Origin: an uncultured Gemmatimonadales bacterium
GTDB lineage: Bacteria > Gemmatimonadota > Gemmatimonadetes > Gemmatimonadales > GWC2-71-9
Direction of reading: 5' to 3'
Length of the DNA: 64,000 nucleotides
Assembly (NCBI GenBank): GCA_963828735.1
Contig: CAWHFW010000002.1
Span: 224,001-288,000, forward strand
Shown: positions 50,991-58,301 of the stretch, one piece after another
How the letters are laid out: each line of letters opens with the position of its first letter
How positions within the stretch are numbered: position 1 is the stretch's first letter
Translations under genes and position numbers: made by a program
Notes under the pieces: model-generated
What the model was told of the DNA's origin: nothing
The model's input: only the letters and a program-made list of their open reading frames with translations
Database searches by the model: none

Positions 50991-52416
50991 CGGGCCTGAC
51001 GCCCCATACGAACTCGGTGTTAGTGGAACCTGCTCGGTCCCGTCAGGATTCATCATGTAGAGCCTCGATCTCCTGTGCGGTTGGAGGAGAACGCAATCTT
51101 GCTGCCGTCCGGCGACCATGCCGGGTAGCATCTGATGAGGTGCCGAAGGTCAGTTGCGTGACTCCGGTGCCGTCGGGATTCATGACATGGATGTGACGCT
51201 CGCCACCGTTCCGGTCGCTGACGAAGGCAATCTTCGTCCCGTCGGGGGACCAACTCGGAGCTACGTCCACTGCCAGCATCGGTCGTAAGCCGGATAACGT
51301 CGACTGCCGTCCGCATTCATGATGAAGATATCGGCGGCAAAGCCTCCGATAACCGTGAAGGCGATCCTCGTCCCATCCGGTGACCAGGCGGGAGTCATCC
51401 GCGTATCCAGCGATCGTCGTGAGCTGAGCAATCGCGGTGCCGTCAGGGTTCATCACGTAGATTTGTTCGGTTCCGACCTGCGACCACTACGACTACTGAA
51501 GGCGATCTTGCTGCCGTCCGGCGACCAGGCCGGCGAGTCGCGAAAGCGCCGCTCGTGAGCTGAGTTTGACCAGTTCCGTCGGCATTCATCACGTAGATTT
51601 GTCTGATACCCGTCCGGTTGGAGGAGAACGCAATCTTCTCACCATCCGGTGACCATGCCGGGCCGTCGTCGATAGCTCGGATTGTTGGTGAGATTCGTGA
51701 CCGTCGTCCCGTCGGCGCTCAGCAGGTACACCTCACCGTCCGAGGCAGAACGCGATGTCGAGGCCGGGAGCGGCGAGTGGTATCGGGCTGCAGGTCACGC
51801 TGAAGTTGGCATTGGCCGTGCTGCCGCTCACGCACCGTCACCGTGAGCGGATTCGTCCCGACAGCTCCACAGTTATCCGCGACATCCGACAGGGCGACAT
51901 CGTGGTCCCCGGCGTCAAGCCGGCGATCAGCACGGACCCGTTGATCGAGAGCGGTTGGGGAGTCCCACCGTCCAGTGCGACCTGATAATCGTCGGGGTCC
52001 AGGTCGTCGCCAGTTGTCGCGGCGCTCAACTGGATCGCTCCCGTCGTCGGTGCCGTCTGGCTACAGGCGACCTCGAACTGGAGGCTAGCCATGCCCCCGG
52101 CAGCAACATCGACCGTGCGCGGATTCTCGCCGCCCAGCACGCAGTTCGAGGCTACGCCCGCCAGCGTGACGCTGTGAGTGCCGACGGTAAGCGAAGCAAC
52201 CGTGTCGGCGGCATTTGGCCCCAGAGGCTGAGTTGCGTTGTGGTCGACCGTGAGCGTGTAGCCGTCGGGGTCGAGGTCGGAACCAGTGGTGGACGTAATG
52301 ACCTCAAGGGTGCCCTCGGTTGGTCCAGTGGGACCGCCACCTGACCCGCCGCCGCAGCCGAATAGTCCCAGAAATAAGACCGGCACGGACGTGCGCAGCG
52401 CGGTGCGATACCGCAT
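50976..52416 (-). pseudogene. TolB-like (PD40 repeat) lipoprotein with many frameshifts
   Basis: LFG-C lipobox, two Ig-like repeats, then repeated P(A/S)WSPDG.(K/R)IAF and VMNPDGT motifs spread across different frames. Confidence 0.8.
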
Positions 52417-52899
52417 ACGTCCTCCAGTCGGGAGGCTGATATGAGCCAGGCCCAGGCCGAGGGCGAGCGAAAAGCGCCAGCAGGCCACCATGGTGGGCTC
52501 CGATGCGACAAAAGTGAAGTTTTCGAAGCTGGTTGCTGCTACAACGGATGGGGCGGCGCAGCGCCGTCCTCACGTGTAACGGAGGGCCAACTGGCGATGG
52601 GCTGGTGGTGTGTAAGAGACGACTGGGAACATGTAGTGCAGTACACGTCCTGGCAAGCACTTCCTTCCGGCGGGGGGCCGAAACGGCGAGACATGCACCG
52701 CTACGCGGCGTTTCGGTTGATTGGCCTTGTTAGCGGCTCCGCGGGCACCCCGTGTGACCCTGTGAACGCGAGCTCAGTCCCCTGGCACCTCATGCAGCGG
52801 AACGTCGTCGGCCGGGGTTCGTCGCGCCGCCGCCTAATTCCTGCGGTGTGCCCTGGCGGCGGTCGGCTCGAGCACGGTCGTTTGTTACTAGGCGTGGCT

Positions 52900-53322
52900 T
52901 CACACCCCGGTCGGCGGGGGAGCCGCCAGCGCGTTTTCGACGGCCTCGAGCAGCTGTTCCGGGTCGAACGGCTTCCGGATCACAGGCACATGCCCGGGCA
53001 CCCCTGCCTCCGCGTCGAACTGCACGTCCGGATGGCCGGTCATGTGCAGCGCCCGCTGCCCTGGGTCGCGCTCAAGCGCCCGGCGGATTAGCTCGGCGCC
53101 AGTCATAGACGGCATCACGGAGTTTGTGAGGATGAGGGCGAACCAACCCGGCGGGGTAGCTTCCAGGAGGGCGAGTGCGGCTGGGCCGTCGATCGCCCCT
53201 ACCGCTTCGTACCCCGCTTCATGCAGCTCCCGCACCGTCACCTCGCGGACCCGGTCCGTATCATCGACAACCAGGATGCGCAGGGGCTGGCCGCTAGGTG
53301 CAGCGTCCTCGTGCGAGGTCAT
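52900..53322 (-). CDS. Atypical receiver domain protein (Asp to Asn at the phosphoacceptor position)
   Basis: ILVVDD...LILTNSVMP...RKPF. Confidence 0.8.
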   Translation of the reverse strand: MTSHEDAAPSGQPLRILVVDDTDRVREVTVRELHEAGYEAVGAIDGPAALALLEATPPGWFALILTNSVMPSMTGAELIRRALERDPGQRALHMTGHPDVQFDAEAGVPGHVPVIRKPFDPEQLLEAVENALAAPPPTGV

Positions 53323-53373
53323 ACGCAAAGATCGGGACGATGGCGGGCGCGGGGGGTGACGCCCATCACCCCC

Positions 53374-53820
53374 TCATCCCCTACACCTCATTTTCCCGCG
53401 GATCTGCATCAATGCCTTCATGAGATCGCCGCTCTTCACCTGATGGCGTCTTGCGATCGCGCGTTGCCACGCGGCCAGTGAACGCGTTTCGGCGGCATCC
53501 GCTCGCATCTGCTGTGCCCGCCGCCTCATCGCTCGCGACGTGACGACTAGCGGCGCGATCGCCTCGATCAGCTCCTCGGCATCGAACGGTTTGTGCAGGA
53601 GGGGCACGGGAAGGAGATCGGGTGGGACGTCGACCACTGCCGACATGGCCACGACCGGCAATGCAGGACGGCACTCCGAGAGTACCGCGATCAGTTCGGG
53701 TCCAGATACGACGGGCATCGCCAAGTCGGTGAGGACCGCGTCGAGTAGCTGGGCCTCGTCCGCCGCGATCACATGAAGGGCCTGCTCGCCGTCGCCAGCC
53801 TCGATTACGGAGGCTCCGAC
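53374..53820 (-). pseudogene. 5'-truncated paralog of response regulator 49350-49907
   Basis: LDAVLTDLAMP...RRAQQMRADAAETRSLAAWQ shared with the intact copy; DD motif absent; frameshift near 53775. Confidence 0.8.
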
Positions 53821-54370
53821 GGCGGAATAACAAGACGGGGAAGCTGCGGCCCGGATACACCTTCATGGCCCGAACAGAAACGGGCTGGAAGCAGATGGGC
53901 ACCCGAGAGCTTAGCATACATACTTCTCACCACGCTGTGTAAGGCAACGCCATCTCTCACGACGGGGCGGTGGTGCATACTCCACAGACCACGCGCCTCT
54001 CCCCCCTCCCCGCAGTCGGGGCGCTCGAGCGTGACAGAGGTTGCGACGTCGCACCGGATCGGCGGGCTCGGCAGGTAGTTCGGGTACTTCCGAGTGATCC
54101 CCCACCCGGATTCCGCGGCAGCGCAGTGACCCCGGACACAGCCGGGGTCACCGTGAGGGCAACTCCTTGGGGGCCAACGGAGCTTGCGTCCAAGGTTCGG
54201 CAAGTCTGCCCAACGCTACCCCAACACAAACTCCTTGTACAGCAACTATGCGCGGTCGCCACAGTTGCAGGTTTGCAGCGCAGCCATGATGGCGGGGCTG
54301 TCAGCTGTAATGCCGTACACCGTATGGCGTTGTGAACCATACAGTTGGCGGGCGCAAGTCCCCATGCGAC

Positions 54371-54386
54371 TGGCACGACTCTGGCA
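54371..54386 (+). promoter_or_regulatory. Putative sigma54 -24/-12 promoter for the PKD gene
   Basis: TGGCACGACTCTGGCA versus consensus TGGCACGNNNNTTGCW; correct GG/GC spacing; ~90 nt before the ATG. Confidence 0.45.
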
Positions 54387-54474
54387 CATGCGCCAACGGA
54401 GGGCGTGTGTCGTGTCGCCGCTCGAACCCGTTGGCTCCCTGGGCACATCTTCGTTTTTCTGACTGGATGTTTCT

Positions 54475-56346
54475 ATGCGATCGATGGGTCTGCTGGCCGT
54501 AGTTTCTGGAACGCTGGTTCTGGGCTCATCGTGCAGTGAGGGCAGAGACCTGATCCGACCCGAGAACGAAGCGCCGGTCGCGAATTTCGAGCTGCCGGCA
54601 TGCACTATTGACGAGCCGTGCGAGTTCGTCAGCACCAGCACCGATGATGCCGCCGTGACCGGGTGGAGCTGGGACTATAACGAGGATAACACTCCCGACG
54701 CGAACACCGCGACCGCCGAATACACCTATCGGACGGCGGGTACTTTCGACGTCAGTCTGACCGTGTTCGATGCCGAGGGATTGAGCCACCGGAAGACCAG
54801 CCGCATCACCATCGATCCAGCTGTCAACACCCCACCGACCGCGGGCTTCACCTACAGCTGTAATGGGCTGGACTGCACTTTTGCCAACACCAGCAGCGAC
54901 GCAGCGCCGGGCACGATCGCGACCTATGCCTGGACCTTCGGCGACAACGCGACGTCGGACCAGGCGTCTCCAACTCACACCTACACCGTCACAGCCCCGA
55001 CGGAGTTCACGGTGACGCTTACCGTGACCGACAACGAGGGCGCTACCGACGCCGAAACTCAAACCATCCCCGTCACCCCCGCCGCTCCAGTGAACCCGCC
55101 GACCGCCGGGTTCACCCAGACGTGTACGCTGCTGGTCTGCGAGTTCGTCAGCACCAGCGCTGACGTGGCGCCCGGGGCGATCGTGAGCTACGCCTGGACG
55201 TTCGGGGACGGTGGCACCGCAACAGGGAACAAGCCGTCCCATACCTACAACGTCTCGGCGCGCACCGAGTTCACGGTAACACTCACGGTGACCGACAACG
55301 AGGGATTCACCGGCGTCGCGACCCGGACGGTGACCGTCGATCCGGTACCACCGTTGAACAATCCACCAACGGCCAGCTTCAGATACTCTTGTGCCGCCGC
55401 CGTCTGCACTTTCACCAGCACCGCCACCGACCCGGAGGGTCCGCCGATCGCTGCCTTTGCGTGGACCTTCGGTGACGGCGCTCAGACCACCGGAAACATA
55501 GCAACGCATACCTACGCCATTTCCGCCATTACGGAATTCACCGTTACGCTCACGGTTACGGACGTCGGGGGCGCTACGACCGCCGCCTCGCAGACGATAT
55601 CAGTCAATCCGGACCCTTCGGCCAACACCCCGCCGACGGCGAGCTTCGAATCAAATTGCTACGGAGACGGCTGCGCCTTCATCAACAAGAGCACCGACGC
55701 GTCACCAGGCGCCATCGTAAGCTATGCCTGGACCTACGGTGACGGGGGGACTTCGAGCCGGAACACGGCGTGCTTCCCCTGGACTGAACGGTGTGGACTC
55801 GGCAGGCACGTCTACAGCATTACCGGTCCGACGACCTTCACGGTCACGCTCACCGTGACGGACAACCTGGGAGCGGTTGCCGTCGCAAGCAAGACGATTA
55901 CCGTGAAACCCCTGCCGCCGGCGGTTCAGGGTTGCACCACCTCCGGTAAGATTGTGGAGTGCGTCCTCGACATCCCGACCCGGTCGAGTCTGGTACTCAA
56001 TGTGCTCGGCGTCAGCTGCGACTTGGGTGGGCAGAACGTCAGCGCTCCCCCGCCAGTGCTCGCTGTGATGTTCATAAACGTCTGCAACAAAGTACACGTT
56101 GGTGATTCGAATGGGATATTCGCCGGCAACGATGAGGGCCGCTACTTGTACCAGGCCGGCACTCAGGCGCGGATATGGTTCCGCCAGAGCGACTCTGCTG
56201 GTCACCCGCTGAATCCCGCACAGGGTCGGCTGGAGGGAACCTACCCCAACTGGACAATCAGTTACGACGATGGCGACCATCCGGACGTACCGGGTGAGCC
56301 GGACTTCGCCGATCTCGTTCTCGGGGTCCAGGCGACCGTTCGCTAG
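54475..56346 (+). CDS. PKD-repeat surface (lipo)protein with five PKD domains
   Basis: Signal with LGSS-C; five P.A.F...C....C.F...S.D......W.(F/Y)...V.LTV.D units. Confidence 0.9.
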   Translation: MRSMGLLAVVSGTLVLGSSCSEGRDLIRPENEAPVANFELPACTIDEPCEFVSTSTDDAAVTGWSWDYNEDNTPDANTATAEYTYRTAGTFDVSLTVFDAEGLSHRKTSRITIDPAVNTPPTAGFTYSCNGLDCTFANTSSDAAPGTIATYAWTFGDNATSDQASPTHTYTVTAPTEFTVTLTVTDNEGATDAETQTIPVTPAAPVNPPTAGFTQTCTLLVCEFVSTSADVAPGAIVSYAWTFGDGGTATGNKPSHTYNVSARTEFTVTLTVTDNEGFTGVATRTVTVDPVPPLNNPPTASFRYSCAAAVCTFTSTATDPEGPPIAAFAWTFGDGAQTTGNIATHTYAISAITEFTVTLTVTDVGGATTAASQTISVNPDPSANTPPTASFESNCYGDGCAFINKSTDASPGAIVSYAWTYGDGGTSSRNTACFPWTERCGLGRHVYSITGPTTFTVTLTVTDNLGAVAVASKTITVKPLPPAVQGCTTSGKIVECVLDIPTRSSLVLNVLGVSCDLGGQNVSAPPPVLAVMFINVCNKVHVGDSNGIFAGNDEGRYLYQAGTQARIWFRQSDSAGHPLNPAQGRLEGTYPNWTISYDDGDHPDVPGEPDFADLVLGVQATVR

Positions 56347-56657
56347 CCCTTGACCGGCGGCACCTGGGCCTCGAGGAACAACCCGCTGCGCCAAGTGGCT
56401 CGCCGACCTGCTAGGCCAGTAGACAGCACCGCACCGCGTGCCTAGGCCGTTCGGCCCTCTTGCGATCCACACGCCCGGTGGAGACGTGCAGAGGCCGCCT
56501 AGCGTCGGCGGCCGGGCGGCCTTCGCACCTTGATGTTCCCCTGCTCATCCGGTAATGCCAACGCCGTTGCCGATGGTGGTGGCCTCGTCTGCCCCAAATG
56601 CGACCCGCTGGGATATGCTCGGACCGTCAAGGCGCGCATTCAGGCGGCGCCGGCGGC

Positions 56658-56900
56658 ATGATTGAGCGGGAGGTGGTGACGATCACACCGGCCGGGCTTC
56701 GCCCGAACCAGGCTGCCCGGTACCTCGGCATCGGACTCACCTTCCTGCAGAGTCTTCCCATCACTCCGATCCGGGTCCGCGGCAATGGACCCAAGGGCAA
56801 GCCAGTCGTCCTCTATTTGCGGCGCGAACTCGATGCCTGGCTTGAGGACCAAGCCGCACGCCGTGACGCGGACATCCGCTTCATCTCGAAAGCGAGCTAG
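56658..56900 (+). CDS. Excisionase-like HTH protein
   Basis: LRPNQAARYLGIG...LYLRRELDAWLE; ends 2 nt before the integrase ATG. Confidence 0.75.
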   Translation: MIEREVVTITPAGLRPNQAARYLGIGLTFLQSLPITPIRVRGNGPKGKPVVLYLRRELDAWLEDQAARRDADIRFISKAS

Positions 56901-56902
56901 CC

Positions 56903-58074
56903 ATGGTGTTCAAGCGCACCGGCGCCAGCACGTACGCCTTTCAGGCCCGACTCCCCAACGGGCGATACAAACAACTCCAGACCGGCGCGCCTTTCGGGTC
57001 GCAGGGCAAGGCGCTCGGACAGCGGGTGGAGGCTATGTGGACCAGCCTGGCGCTCGAGCACCGGGCGTGGGATCTTCTCGAGCCCGTTCTGAGGGCCAGC
57101 CGCGGCGAGCGCGCTGCCCGCCTGGGCCGCCTCTACGATCTGTGGGTGGAGACTCGCTACAACCCCGGGGAGATGCGCCGCCGGCTTGATGACCGAAACA
57201 TCGAACCGCTTGTGAGAGAATGGGCGGCGTGGTACGAGGGGCAGGTACGGCCTGATAGCGCCGCCCATGCCCTCGCCCACGTGCGCCACCTGCTGCCGGC
57301 TGGCAGTCCGCGGCTAGTCTCCGACGTCACGACCGACTGGCTCACGGGAGTCCTCACGACCTACACCGGGAAACGGAACACTCGCCGGAAGGTGCATAGC
57401 TCATGGTCCGGGTTTTTCGCCTATCTGACCGGTGTTCGTCGCCTCTTTCTCGCCAACCCGATGAACACGGTCCCGCGGCCATCCGAGGAGGCCAGCCCGA
57501 TCCGCTTCTATGAGCCCGATACGGTCGAGCGCATCGTCGGCTGGCAGCCTACCGCCGCACGACGGGCGGCGTTCGCCCTGGCCTATGGGGGCGCGATCGA
57601 GGCGAGTGTGTGGTGGCGCTCACCCGTAGGCAGTTCTTCGACACGGCCGGCAGGCTGGTCCGAGCGGCAGGCACCAAGGCTCACACTCGAGATCGGATCT
57701 GTCGCGTGGCCGACTGGGCATGGCCCCACGTCTGGGAGCACATCCGCGACCTTTTGCCGGATGCACCTCTATTCCCCGGTTGGAACCGGTGGACACTCTC
57801 CGATTGGCACCGCGAATGCGTCGGCTGGGATGAGGAGCAGAAGGCCGGGCTCAACCTGGCGGTACGCTACCCTCTTCACGCGGCCCGTGATCACTGGGCG
57901 GTGATGCGGCTTCGGTCTGGCGCTCCGGTGGCCGTCGTGCAGCTCCAGCTCGGCCACGAGAGCCCGACGCTGACGCTCAGGAAGTACGGTCGATTCATCC
58001 CTAGCGGAGCGGACCGTGATCAGGTGGAGCAGGCAGTGACGGCGTACGAGACGAGGCGCCGCCAGGTCCGGTGA
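56903..58074 (+). CDS. Tyrosine recombinase/integrase, frameshifted at ~57610
   Basis: N-terminal part 56903-57610 (NTRRKVHSSWSGFF...NPM) joins C-terminal part GTKAH, LHAARDH, QLGHES, RKYG. Confidence 0.85.
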
Positions 58075-58125
58075 TCTTCGGGTATTTCTGGGGAGTCGCA
58101 GTGCAGCCAGTGGTGCAGAAGACGA

Positions 58126-58157
58126 GAAACCACTTGAACGCAAGCGCCCAAGTGGTT
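58126..58157 (-). terminator. Hairpin between tRNA-Met and the integrase
   Basis: aaccacttg...caagtggtt inverted repeat. Confidence 0.5.
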
Positions 58158-58167
58158 GTCTGGTAAG

Positions 58168-58241
58168 TAGCAGGGGCGGGACTCGAACCCGCGACCCCGG
58201 CATTATGAGTGCCGTGCTCTAACCAGCTGAGCTACCCTGCC
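58168..58241 (-). tRNA. tRNA-Met(CAT), probably elongator (Ile2 not excluded)
   Basis: GGCAGGGTAGCTCAGCTGGTTAGAGCACGGCACTCATAATGCCGGGGTCGCGGGTTCGAGTCCCGCCCCTGCTA. Confidence 0.95.
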
Positions 58242-58301
58242 TTGCTGCGGTGCGAACTCTAACTTCTGCCCTCACAAACGCAACCCCGGTCAGCACATGC
58301 C

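Larger units (their letters stand above)
50147..58209. mobile_element. ~8-kb integrative element in tRNA-Met(CAT)
   Basis: 42-bp direct repeats; xis-like and tyrosine integrase genes next to the tRNA; visibly lower GC; accessory cargo. Confidence 0.9.

Noticed and set aside
49350..53820. Paralogous regulator pair as a DGR template/variable repeat
   Set aside because: No reverse transcriptase is present and the differences are not adenine-specific.
50046..54367. Shared GCAAGTCCC(AC)CATGCG motif near 50046 and 54354
   Set aside because: Short and gapped with no flanking similarity; could be chance.
52441..54460. Assorted ORF-track predictions in the element's intergenic regions
   Set aside because: No motifs or convincing RBS, and atypical composition; treated as non-coding or decayed sequence.
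54560..55910. Periodic DNA repeats as a CRISPR or non-coding array
   Set aside because: They are in-frame PKD domain repeats. No repeat-spacer array or cas gene was seen in the window.
50147..58209. Prophage or defence island
   Set aside because: No structural, packaging, nuclease, toxin or other defence domains were recognised.
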